Below, piece after piece: positions 39,398 to 48,649 of a stretch of 64,000 nucleotides of DNA (position 1 is its first letter; each line of letters starts with the position of its first letter). A program made the translations under genes and the position numbers. The notes below the pieces were generated by a model. The model was not told where the DNA came from. It worked only from the letters and a program-made list of their open reading frames with translations, and searched no databases. The stretch is taken from IMG/VR virus record IMGVR_UViG_3300043464_001630, positions 124,001 through 188,000 of that record; one strand, given 5' to 3'.

Positions 39398-41322
39398 TGC
39401 AAACAAAATTTAATTATACTTCAGGGGGAGAGTTCACAAAACCTAATGGTTCGAGTTATGTTGGATATTTTAATGTAACCGACAAAGAAGAAGTATATAC
39501 AGGACGTTATTTTTCAGAAACTTCTGAAATTTTAGATTCTGTTTCTAATTATTCGGTAGATTATTATAGGTCAACTAATTTCAAAGACAGAAATGTTTTT
39601 GATGTATTAACGCTTCCTTTTTCTTTGGGAGAAATAGAAATACAACCTAGTGAAATCGTTAGTTTTTCTGTTTTAAATAAAAAGATCGAATATTTGCACG
39701 ATAATCTAATCTATTTGTATAGTCAGCTATACATGGGAAGTACCGATGTTCCAGTGGATAATGATGTAAATACTTTATGTAATCTAATTGGAACAAATCA
39801 ATTTGGTTGGGAAACTAGATCAAATCAAGTAGCAAATAACAGAATATTTGGTTTCGGTGCATTAAAAGACAATCCCGCTTTGTCCGCTTATAAGGAATTT
39901 GACATAATGAATAGATTTGTAGTGATTCCTTTTGAAAATAAAACAGGAATTGGAATATTTGGAATTAGTAATACTTATTTCGTGGGATTAACTAGTACAA
40001 TTTCAGAAGATGGGCAATTATCTGGTGCGGCTTTTACTTTTTATACAAATGTTATTGATAATGATACGAACGAAACTTGTAAAAATCTAGAAGACATCAA
40101 ATACGATGGTAAATTTTTATTTGTAAGTGATTCTAAAATAAACGGAGGTGGACAAGTATTTAAATACGATATAACTGGTTATTTAACAAATGATAAAGTA
40201 TTTGAAAATAAAAAATATCTCATCGAGCCAATAGGAGGAAGTGGTTCCGACGAACGTCTCAATAAGTTTAAAAACTGCACAGTTTTAGGTGCGAATAATG
40301 GAGAACTTTGGGTATACGATTCTGGAAATAATGTCATAAAAATATACGATAATAATTTCGTACATAAACGTATTATCAAAATACCAAAAACACGTAATTA
40401 TTCGGTTTTAGACATTCGTTATAGAAAAATGAATAATCATGTGTATGTCTTATTTCAAGATACATACGATACAAATGAACCACAGTATGGATTATTTGAA
40501 TTTGCTGATTACCATTTGATTAATACATACGTTTTTACCGACATTCTATACAAAGACACAGATGCACAATTTAACAGAATGGCAATATCTGAACAAGATT
40601 CGAATGTGTTTTATGTAATTACTAATAACTCTGTATTTAAGAAATTTTTCACAAAACCAGAAGAAACTTTTGCGGTATTTAACAGAGACAAATTTTACCC
40701 AGACGATACATTTATTTGGGATCAGATAGAATTAGAATGGGATAAATTAAGAGATTATGAAACTTGGAATTATGCCGAGTTTTTCACAATTAATTTAACT
40801 ACACGAGACATTCATATTGCTGCTAATGATAAAAATCGCGACGATCTTTATTTCATGGGAGACACTTACATTTCTCATTTAAACGAAAGAACCGATTATT
40901 TGTCTTTGTTAAAAAATGACAACCTACCATATTATAATTATAAATCAATTAAATTTGAAAATATAGAATATAACCAATCTTTGGTTTTGAACAAAGAAAT
41001 TTATAAACTTTATCAAAATATATTACAATTTAAGAATAATTTGAAGGGTAGATTCTATGCAGAATTTGATAAGTACGGTGATTTGAAATATAAAGACTAC
41101 ATTTATTTGACAGACGAAGAAATTAACACATTAAACATTGATGTAGAATACAATTCTTTCATAAACGATAACGAATTAGTACAGCCAAATGTAATAAATC
41201 GAATATTTAATAAATTATATGAGTTTCAAATTAATTTATTAAATCTGACACAAGTAAAATTAAAAAATTTAAAAACTTGGGTTGATTTACAAAACGGAAC
41301 AAACATCTACCCAATAGATTAA
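39397..41322 (+). CDS. Virion protein with beta-propeller-like repeats
   Basis: YTSGGEF N-terminus; LFVSDS and LWVYDSGNNVIKIYD NHL-like motifs. Confidence 0.55.
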   Translation: MQTKFNYTSGGEFTKPNGSSYVGYFNVTDKEEVYTGRYFSETSEILDSVSNYSVDYYRSTNFKDRNVFDVLTLPFSLGEIEIQPSEIVSFSVLNKKIEYLHDNLIYLYSQLYMGSTDVPVDNDVNTLCNLIGTNQFGWETRSNQVANNRIFGFGALKDNPALSAYKEFDIMNRFVVIPFENKTGIGIFGISNTYFVGLTSTISEDGQLSGAAFTFYTNVIDNDTNETCKNLEDIKYDGKFLFVSDSKINGGGQVFKYDITGYLTNDKVFENKKYLIEPIGGSGSDERLNKFKNCTVLGANNGELWVYDSGNNVIKIYDNNFVHKRIIKIPKTRNYSVLDIRYRKMNNHVYVLFQDTYDTNEPQYGLFEFADYHLINTYVFTDILYKDTDAQFNRMAISEQDSNVFYVITNNSVFKKFFTKPEETFAVFNRDKFYPDDTFIWDQIELEWDKLRDYETWNYAEFFTINLTTRDIHIAANDKNRDDLYFMGDTYISHLNERTDYLSLLKNDNLPYYNYKSIKFENIEYNQSLVLNKEIYKLYQNILQFKNNLKGRFYAEFDKYGDLKYKDYIYLTDEEINTLNIDVEYNSFINDNELVQPNVINRIFNKLYEFQINLLNLTQVKLKNLKTWVDLQNGTNIYPID

Positions 41323-41340
41323 TTTCAACTAAATAAATGT

Positions 41341-42414
41341 ATGGCAGAAGAAATAGCAAGTAATCTAGCAGGAAAAAGAGTGTCTACAACATTTCGTGGG
41401 TTGTTGCATTTTCCTAAAAGTATCGAACCTTCATTAGCTAAACAAGTAGTACATGATGGTAATGGTACTCCTACTGCATTAACATTAGGCGGTGATACAA
41501 TGGGAATGGATGTGACTGGTGGCGTTTCTTGTACAGGTTCTTTATCTGTTGGAATGGATGCGACATTCGTAGAAAATATAATACTGAAAGACGGAGGGAA
41601 AATTAATGATGTTTCTGTGCTTTCTTCTGGATCTTCTGTTTCATTAAGAGCACCTAGTGCGGCAGAAGTAGGTAAATTAAGAATTAGAGAAACTTCTGCT
41701 GATTATGAATTGTTATTTGGTAATCCTACAGTTACCGATAAGAATTTATTTTCTATAATTGTTAAAAACGATACTGCTAGTAATTTATATATTAAAAATA
41801 GTTATAGTGATTTAGATATTAATGCGCCATTGTGGATTAATCGTACAACTGGAGAAGTGAATATTAAATCACTTCGTGTTACTAATATTAAAACAGATCC
41901 ACCACCCGGAACATCACCACCACCCGGTCAGCCAGAAACTTACGGAGATCCAAATAGAAATGTTCTTCCTGTTGGAATGATTTGTATGTTTCCAGTTTTA
42001 GGAATTCCAAATGGTTGGATTGCGTGTGACGGAAAACAACACGATAAACGAACATTACCAGAACTTTTTAATGTAATTGGATATAATTATTCGGTTTTAA
42101 AATCTGGTAACTTATTTCAAGTTCCTGATTATCGTGGATTGTTTGTTCGTGGAGTTGATTATAAGAGAAGTGACGAACCTACGCATACGTTTTTAGATCC
42201 TTCATCCGCCAGACCTTTAGACGGAACCGTTCAAGAAGATGAATTTAAGAGTCACAGGCATGGAGAGGTCTTCGAACAAGGCGGAAGAGAACCATCAGGA
42301 AGTTTTAGTGGAGATGTTTTAGAAGACGGCGGAGATGTAGCATTTACCGGATATACGGGAGGATCAGAAACCCGTCCAAAAAACATAGTAGCATTATATT
42401 GTATTAAGTGGTAA
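41341..42414 (+). CDS. Tail collar domain fibre protein
   Basis: PVGMI..GWIACDG..LFNVIG..FQVPDYRGLFVRG..EFKSHRH..GGSETRPKNI. Confidence 0.88.
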   Translation: MAEEIASNLAGKRVSTTFRGLLHFPKSIEPSLAKQVVHDGNGTPTALTLGGDTMGMDVTGGVSCTGSLSVGMDATFVENIILKDGGKINDVSVLSSGSSVSLRAPSAAEVGKLRIRETSADYELLFGNPTVTDKNLFSIIVKNDTASNLYIKNSYSDLDINAPLWINRTTGEVNIKSLRVTNIKTDPPPGTSPPPGQPETYGDPNRNVLPVGMICMFPVLGIPNGWIACDGKQHDKRTLPELFNVIGYNYSVLKSGNLFQVPDYRGLFVRGVDYKRSDEPTHTFLDPSSARPLDGTVQEDEFKSHRHGEVFEQGGREPSGSFSGDVLEDGGDVAFTGYTGGSETRPKNIVALYCIKW

Positions 42415-42418
42415 CGCC

Positions 42419-42883
42419 ATGCAAAAAAATTACCTACGTAAGTTAAAAATCCGAAGAGGAAACGACAATCAACGAAAAGTTACACTTTTTGAAGAAGGTG
42501 AACTCGTTTTTGTTAAAGACACGGAAAGAGTTTACGTAGGAGACGACACAACAGTCGGTGGTATTAGAATATCTAATAAGAATTTTTTAATAGATACCGC
42601 AATCAAGCCAAACGAAGCAGAAACTGGTGATATTTTTGTAAATCAAACTGATATCAGTACATACATGGTAGATCTTAGCGGAGGATCTATTCGAATAATA
42701 CCTTCGCTTATCGGCTGTTGTGTTAATATTAAAAAAGACATAGATATTATCGATTCTTTATTAAAGAGGTTATCATCAGAATGCTGTAATCCTGATAATT
42801 TCTTGGCAACTGATCTAGATTCACCGCCCACTTTCTATGATAATGTTTTGACGGACGACGAAGACACAATCAGGATAAAATAA
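42419..42883 (+). CDS. Mtd_N-like fibre/adaptor protein, paralog 1
   Basis: KLKIRRG..QR..FEEGEL..VYVGD; GCCV motif. Confidence 0.65.
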   Translation: MQKNYLRKLKIRRGNDNQRKVTLFEEGELVFVKDTERVYVGDDTTVGGIRISNKNFLIDTAIKPNEAETGDIFVNQTDISTYMVDLSGGSIRIIPSLIGCCVNIKKDIDIIDSLLKRLSSECCNPDNFLATDLDSPPTFYDNVLTDDEDTIRIK

Positions 42884-42896
42884 ACTAAATAATCTT

Positions 42897-44393
42897 ATGG
42901 GAACCCGAATAACAGCTTTGCCGCCAGTGGCAACTCCTACAGGATCTGATGAATTACCAATTTCACAATTTGATGGAGTTACTGGTCGTACTACATATAA
43001 AGCAACTTTAGATCAAATTAAAGGTTATATTGGTAGTGGTAGTGGATCTGTAAATAGTGTTAGTATAAATTCGACAGACGGATCAGTAGGCGTATTTGGA
43101 AGTCCAATTACTAATACTGGAACTATTTCGTTAACAGTAAGTTCAGTAGGTCTAGATAAATTAGACGATGGAGGAGCGACAGGAGGAGAAATATTAACAT
43201 ACAATGGTTCTACAAGTGCATGGGAACCCGGTTATGGCGGGTCTAGTGGGATAATACCAAATATTTTAGTAGGAAACGGAGGAGCTACTTACACACTGAC
43301 TAATTATACAAATGATGCGGCATCTAATTATCTGGTTTTCGTAGGTGGTGTGGCACAAAGACCAGTTACAGATTTCACAATAAGTGGAAGTAGTATTATA
43401 TTTGGATCTAATATTCCATCAGGAGTTCAAATACTCGTATATGCTGTTATTAGCATAGCAACTTTGAATTTAGATGCAACTCCAATAGGAACGGTTAGTT
43501 GGTTTGCTGCTTCTGCTGCTCCTACTAGTTATTTGGAATGCAGTGGTGGCATTGTGGCTATATCTGATTATACTGATTTGTGGTATGTTATAGGAACTAA
43601 ATACAATACTGGAGGAGAAGGAGCAGGTAATTTCAGACTACCAGATCTACGTGGTGAATTCATTCGTGGTTGGGATCATGGAAGAAATATAAATGCTGGT
43701 CGTGTTTTTGGTAGTAGTGAGGCAGATGAATTAAAAACACACACTCATAAAGTTTCGGGAACGGTGGGAACTAACTCACTCGCCACAGCTCCTATAGTAG
43801 TTAAGATGGAATCTTATGAAAGCACAGAATTAATATCGACATATGATTCTGCTATATCTACAGGAGGATCAGAAACTCGTCCCCGTAACGTAGCTCTCTT
43901 ACCATGTATCAAAGCATTAAAAACAGTTACTGGTAATGTCAATACTTTAAATTTCATAGAAAAACCAGCGAGTGTTTCTGATGGGCAAGTTTTAACTTAT
44001 AACGGATCTACTAGTACATGGGTAGCTAGTAGTTTATCGGCTAATCCTTTTTTTCGTAATACGTTAATAGGAGAAGTTACAGCAAGCCCGGATGGAACAG
44101 TTGCTTCGTATGGTAGTCAAATTAAAGGTAGGTATGAAATTAAATACGAACGAGGTGTGATATATCAAGATGTTGCTTTAAATAAAGCGGCATCTTTTAA
44201 TGTTACTTTTTTTGTTGGTACTGATCCTATATCTAGTGATTTTATTAAAATAGGCGAGCCTTATATTTTTGATCATAGTGGAGGGAATATAACATGCTAT
44301 GTTTATGATAGTGTATATACAGATAATACTGGAACTGGATTTGCGTTAAGTCTCTGGAAACTGGCTCCGATATTTTGTAATCCTCAAATTTAA
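42897..44393 (+). CDS. Tail collar domain fibre protein
   Basis: RITALP N-terminus; PIGTVSWFA..FRLPDLRGEFIRGWD..LKTHTH..GGSETRPRNVAL. Confidence 0.88.
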   Translation: MGTRITALPPVATPTGSDELPISQFDGVTGRTTYKATLDQIKGYIGSGSGSVNSVSINSTDGSVGVFGSPITNTGTISLTVSSVGLDKLDDGGATGGEILTYNGSTSAWEPGYGGSSGIIPNILVGNGGATYTLTNYTNDAASNYLVFVGGVAQRPVTDFTISGSSIIFGSNIPSGVQILVYAVISIATLNLDATPIGTVSWFAASAAPTSYLECSGGIVAISDYTDLWYVIGTKYNTGGEGAGNFRLPDLRGEFIRGWDHGRNINAGRVFGSSEADELKTHTHKVSGTVGTNSLATAPIVVKMESYESTELISTYDSAISTGGSETRPRNVALLPCIKALKTVTGNVNTLNFIEKPASVSDGQVLTYNGSTSTWVASSLSANPFFRNTLIGEVTASPDGTVASYGSQIKGRYEIKYERGVIYQDVALNKAASFNVTFFVGTDPISSDFIKIGEPYIFDHSGGNITCYVYDSVYTDNTGTGFALSLWKLAPIFCNPQI

Positions 44394-44447
44394 TTTTTGT
44401 CTGTGTATTATTAGCAAGCAATCGGATACTAAAACTAAATATTACCA

Positions 44448-45197
44448 GTGATCGATCAAAGAATAGGTAAAATAAAAGTTCGTAGAGGAACTGAACTCCA
44501 AAGAGTAGAAAATACCTTTGAAGAAGGCGAAGTTATTTATTCTGTTGATAAAAAGAGAATTTTCGTTGGTGATGACACTACATTAGGCGGTGTTCCTGTT
44601 TGTAATCGTAATTATATAGTAGATTCTTTGGGATTTCCACCAACATTACCTGACGATGTATTAGACGGTGATATCATACACGATAAATTAAGTTCTACAA
44701 CTTATATAACTAGATGGACTGGAACTGACTATGAGTTACTATTAATAGCGGATGGCAATTGTTGTGTTCAATTAAAAAATCAAATAGATGACTTATATAC
44801 AAAATTAAGAACATTAACAGGTTGTTTAGAAGAACCGCCACTACCTCCATCACCACCTTCTAAATTAACTTGGGTAATACAACCAACAGATAAATTTGCT
44901 AATATTGGAGACACAGTGACATTCACTGCGAGTGCTATCGGAAATGGAACTATATCTTATGTTTGGAGAAGAGTTGATGCGTTAGCGATAAATACATTAA
45001 ACATTTATAAAAATTCAATCACAATTAATAGTGCAAATATATCTGATATTGCAGATTATTATTGTGTGGCATCGAATGCAGTAGATTCTATTACAAGCAG
45101 GAATGCTGAATTAACTTTTGATTCTGATTATATATTAGCAGAAGACGGTACTTATGTATTATCAGAATTGATGGAAAATATTATTTGGGAACTTTAA
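44448..45197 (+). CDS. Mtd_N-like plus Ig domain protein, paralog 2
   Basis: KIKVRRGT..FEEGE; NCCVQL; one Ig domain; GTG start with TAAATA-N6. Confidence 0.7.
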   Translation: MIDQRIGKIKVRRGTELQRVENTFEEGEVIYSVDKKRIFVGDDTTLGGVPVCNRNYIVDSLGFPPTLPDDVLDGDIIHDKLSSTTYITRWTGTDYELLLIADGNCCVQLKNQIDDLYTKLRTLTGCLEEPPLPPSPPSKLTWVIQPTDKFANIGDTVTFTASAIGNGTISYVWRRVDALAINTLNIYKNSITINSANISDIADYYCVASNAVDSITSRNAELTFDSDYILAEDGTYVLSELMENIIWEL

Positions 45198-45207
45198 ATA
45201 AAAACAA

Positions 45208-46800
45208 ATGATTGATCGTAGAATAGGAAAAATAAAAGTTCGCAGAGGAACCGACACCCAAAGGAAATTAGTTACCTTTGAAGAAGGCGAACTTGTATAT
45301 TCTATTGACAAGCAGCGTCTTTATATCGGAAATGGAACAGAAAAAGGCGGTATTTTAGTCTCAAACAGAAATTACGTAAAAAATTCAGTAGGAGATCCAC
45401 CAGTAGTTCCGCCCGAAGCACTACACGGTGATATCGTTTATGATAAATCCAATTCGAGAACATATATCACTAAATGCGATTCATTGTCATGTGAGTTATT
45501 ATTAATTGCTGATGCTAATTGTTGTGTTCAACTTCAAAACGAAATAAGTGATTTATACGACAGACTAAGTACATTGTCCGCATGTGCATCAGCATCAATT
45601 CCAAAACCACCAAAACCAACAAAATTGACATGGTATATCCAACCATCGGATATTTCGGTTAATTTAGGCGAAACCGCTACATTTACTGCAAGTGCAATAG
45701 GAGGATTTGGTATTATATCATATAAATGGAACAGAAAAGACGGAACCACTATTTCTGTTATTGACAATCAACCAACTTTAACATTTACTACACAATTAAG
45801 TGATACTGCCACTTATTATTGTGTTGCGAATACACCAACAGAAACCATAACTAGCAGAGATGCTGTGCTAAACATAGGAGCTAATTCTATTTTAGCAGAA
45901 GATGGTACTTATATATTATCAGAATTGAGCGAATTCATTGATTGGGAAGAAAATGGACTAATAGCTCCAACAATAAAAATACAACCAAAATCTCTATCAA
46001 CAACTACATTAGTTCCAGTTACATTTGAAGTTACTGCGGCTGGTAGTGAACCTTTATCTTATCAATGGAAAATTGGGGGAGTAGATCAAATAGGAGAAAC
46101 CAATAGAACATATACAGTAACAAATCCAACAAAAGATATAACAGGAATAACTTGTGTTGTTAGTAATTTAGTAGGAAGTGTTACGAGTAATTCGGTAAAT
46201 CTCGCAGTAGGAATCAAACCAAGTGTAGTTACACAACCACTTTCACAATCGAAATCTTTCGGATCATTAGTCACATTTAGTATAATAGCTGCTGGTAGTG
46301 CGCCATTACTTTATCAATGGAGTAAAGACGGAACGGGAATTACAGGAGCTACATCAAATACTTATACTATAAATTCAGTACAAAATATTGATTTAGGAAA
46401 TTATACTTGTGTTGTGAGTAATGGATTCGGAAATGTTACGAGTAATATTGCTACTCTTGAACTTATATCTTTTACTGGATGTAATATAAATATGACCGAA
46501 TATCTGTATAGTAATGGGTGGGATGGAAATGAATCTTCTCTTAATTCATTTACTATTAATCTTACCGGAAACATTGGATGTTGTGGTGGAACAATTCCTA
46601 CATTTAATTGGGGAACATTAAATATTAATAATTTTATCACAAACATTATATATAATGACGCAAAAGGAAGATTTACATTGGGTTCTGGTGAAGTAGTACC
46701 AGCTAAACTCACTTTAAAAGCAGGAACATACTATTTACAAGGAAATATAAAGGGAGGAGTCGATGTCCAAGGAGGAACGGCAAATTTTGGAGGATGTTAA
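45208..46800 (+). CDS. Mtd_N-like plus 3 Ig domain protein, paralog 3
   Basis: KIKVRRGT..FEEGE; NCCVQL; three Ig units (YKW/YQW...C). Confidence 0.72.
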   Translation: MIDRRIGKIKVRRGTDTQRKLVTFEEGELVYSIDKQRLYIGNGTEKGGILVSNRNYVKNSVGDPPVVPPEALHGDIVYDKSNSRTYITKCDSLSCELLLIADANCCVQLQNEISDLYDRLSTLSACASASIPKPPKPTKLTWYIQPSDISVNLGETATFTASAIGGFGIISYKWNRKDGTTISVIDNQPTLTFTTQLSDTATYYCVANTPTETITSRDAVLNIGANSILAEDGTYILSELSEFIDWEENGLIAPTIKIQPKSLSTTTLVPVTFEVTAAGSEPLSYQWKIGGVDQIGETNRTYTVTNPTKDITGITCVVSNLVGSVTSNSVNLAVGIKPSVVTQPLSQSKSFGSLVTFSIIAAGSAPLLYQWSKDGTGITGATSNTYTINSVQNIDLGNYTCVVSNGFGNVTSNIATLELISFTGCNINMTEYLYSNGWDGNESSLNSFTINLTGNIGCCGGTIPTFNWGTLNINNFITNIIYNDAKGRFTLGSGEVVPAKLTLKAGTYYLQGNIKGGVDVQGGTANFGGC

Positions 46801-46807
46801 ATTTGAC

Positions 46808-46836
46808 TTTACAATATTTTTGTTCTCTGTTATCTT
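46808..46836 (+). promoter_or_regulatory. Putative sigma70-like promoter
   Basis: TTTACA-N17-TATCTT with TGn extension, 6 nt before ATG 46843. Confidence 0.4.
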
Positions 46837-46842
46837 AGAAAG

Positions 46843-47556
46843 ATGCCTGTCATCCTTGATCACGATACTCACACATACACCAACACAGAAAATGGTGACA
46901 TTTACACTTCGGTAACCACCTTAATTAATTCTTATAAAAAGAAATTTGACAGCGACAAGTGGAGTAAACACGTAGCTAAGAGAGAGGGAAAATCTCAACA
47001 AGAAATTCTCGACAAATGGAGCGAAATTACCACAGTAGCACAAAACCGTGGTACTAATGTCCATTTGATCATGGAGAATTACATCAAATTTAATAAAATC
47101 GAAAAAGGATACGAAGAGCTGGTGAATTCATTTATTAAAAAAACCAACGGAATTTTAAAGCCTGATTCTAACGTACTCAGTGAATCTCTATTATATTCCC
47201 ACGAAGACAAATTAGCAGGAACTGCCGATCTTATTGTAGAAAATGGTGATATTTTTCATGTCATGGATTTTAAAACAAACAAGCGTTTTAACTTCGACAA
47301 CAAATATAACGAATATTTCTACGAACCAATTGATTATCTACCCCAGTGTGAATTTACGACATATACTATTCAAATGTCTATTTATGCCCACATGCACGAA
47401 CAATTAACTGGAAAGAAATGTGCAGGACTCAGAATCTTCTACCTCAGAGAATTCAGTGATAAAACTTTCTGGCAAGAGTATGCTTGTGTATACATGAAGC
47501 CAACGGTTCTAGATCTTCTAAAAGACAAAAAAATCAAAGACTCTCTTGAAAAATAA
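46843..47556 (+). CDS. PD-(D/E)XK (RecB/Cas4-like) exonuclease
   Basis: SVTT, RGTNVH, AGTADL, MDFKT, QMSIY. Confidence 0.85.
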   Translation: MPVILDHDTHTYTNTENGDIYTSVTTLINSYKKKFDSDKWSKHVAKREGKSQQEILDKWSEITTVAQNRGTNVHLIMENYIKFNKIEKGYEELVNSFIKKTNGILKPDSNVLSESLLYSHEDKLAGTADLIVENGDIFHVMDFKTNKRFNFDNKYNEYFYEPIDYLPQCEFTTYTIQMSIYAHMHEQLTGKKCAGLRIFYLREFSDKTFWQEYACVYMKPTVLDLLKDKKIKDSLEK

Positions 47557-47610
47557 TCCATCCATGTTAAGATACTAACGAACATGACAACCTCTATTAT
47601 TCAAATCTAA

Positions 47611-48099
47611 ATGCAGCACGAAATTATTAATAAATTCGGGAAAGAAGCAACACAAAACTTCTGGATTTTTGTCGAAAACCTAAAATTCGATAGCAAGAAA
47701 CAAGATGCCTCCTCAGTGAGGGCTTCGATTTTAAAGAAGATATCACCTTCTCTTGCTGACAAGTACAAGCAAATCGGAGACGAACTAGCATTTTCCTTGT
47801 ACCGACAAGTCTTTTACGATAAGAAGAACACTTACTTATACGCCTCTTTTGAAGCTGTTTCGAAAGGAAACGAATTTTATCAAAATTGCTGGAATAATGC
47901 CGCACTTATCGAACCCGTAGTAGAATCATTAGATCAATTTAATAATTTCAGCACTGTTCTTCCTACAGAAGACGATTATTTTAACACAATCACTCCAACT
48001 CCAGAAGATGTTTGGGAAGATTACGAAGAATATGATTTCCGTAATGAATCTTTAGGAAACAAAAAAGGCAAGAAAAAGAACAAAGAAGTAACCGAATAA
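47611..48099 (+). CDS. Hypothetical protein
   Basis: 162 aa; upstream TTGAAA-N16-TAAGAT. Confidence 0.6.
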   Translation: MQHEIINKFGKEATQNFWIFVENLKFDSKKQDASSVRASILKKISPSLADKYKQIGDELAFSLYRQVFYDKKNTYLYASFEAVSKGNEFYQNCWNNAALIEPVVESLDQFNNFSTVLPTEDDYFNTITPTPEDVWEDYEEYDFRNESLGNKKGKKKNKEVTE

Positions 48100-48100
48100 A

Positions 48101-48376
48101 ATGAACGAAGAAGAAGTAAAAAAGCGTGGCAAGTACGTGACCAAAAAGTCACTAGAACTTAATAAGCTCTTAGAAGCTGCGGAAGAATATAATTTTGTAG
48201 GAAAGAAAACTTATCCAGTAAATTTAAAGAAAGATAGAGCTGAAGTAGAATTCTTAACAAATGGTACTTGTCTTTTTCCTAATCGTTATTTAGACAACGA
48301 CAGAACTTGTGTGAAATGTGACATTAGCGAATTTTGCGTTTGTTCTTTTAAAAACTTCGGAAAGAAGAAATCATGA
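48101..48376 (+). CDS. Small Cys-cluster protein
   Basis: C...CxxC-x5-CxC. Confidence 0.6.
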   Translation: MNEEEVKKRGKYVTKKSLELNKLLEAAEEYNFVGKKTYPVNLKKDRAEVEFLTNGTCLFPNRYLDNDRTCVKCDISEFCVCSFKNFGKKKS

Positions 48377-48634
48377 GTGATTATGTACGTTTGTAAAATA
48401 TGTAATAAAAATTTTGACAATCATCATCAGTTGAACGGACATAAACAAACACACAAGAAATCCAAAAAACAGATATTATATGAATTAAGCCCTAAACCAT
48501 GTAAAGAATGTAATGAATATATTTCGTGGAAATCTTTTAGGACAAAAACATCTATAGAATTTTGTTGTGTTTCGTGTAGAGCAAAGTTTTTTTATAAAAA
48601 AGCACAAATTGTTGGAGAAAATTCCACACTCTAG
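48377..48634 (+). CDS. Small zinc-finger protein (C2H2 plus C4-type), no nuclease domain
   Basis: CKICNKNF..HKQTH and CKEC...FCCVSC; start may be ATG 48383. Confidence 0.7.
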   Translation: MIMYVCKICNKNFDNHHQLNGHKQTHKKSKKQILYELSPKPCKECNEYISWKSFRTKTSIEFCCVSCRAKFFYKKAQIVGENSTL

Positions 48635-48649
48635 ACTAAATACTTATAG

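Noticed and set aside
42419-46800. Diversity-generating retroelement suggested by Mtd_N-like domains
   Set aside because: No reverse transcriptase and no adenine-specific TR/VR pair seen in the window
46843-47556. Cas4 / CRISPR system
   Set aside because: Lacks the Cas4 Fe-S cysteine pattern; no repeat-spacer array or other cas genes seen
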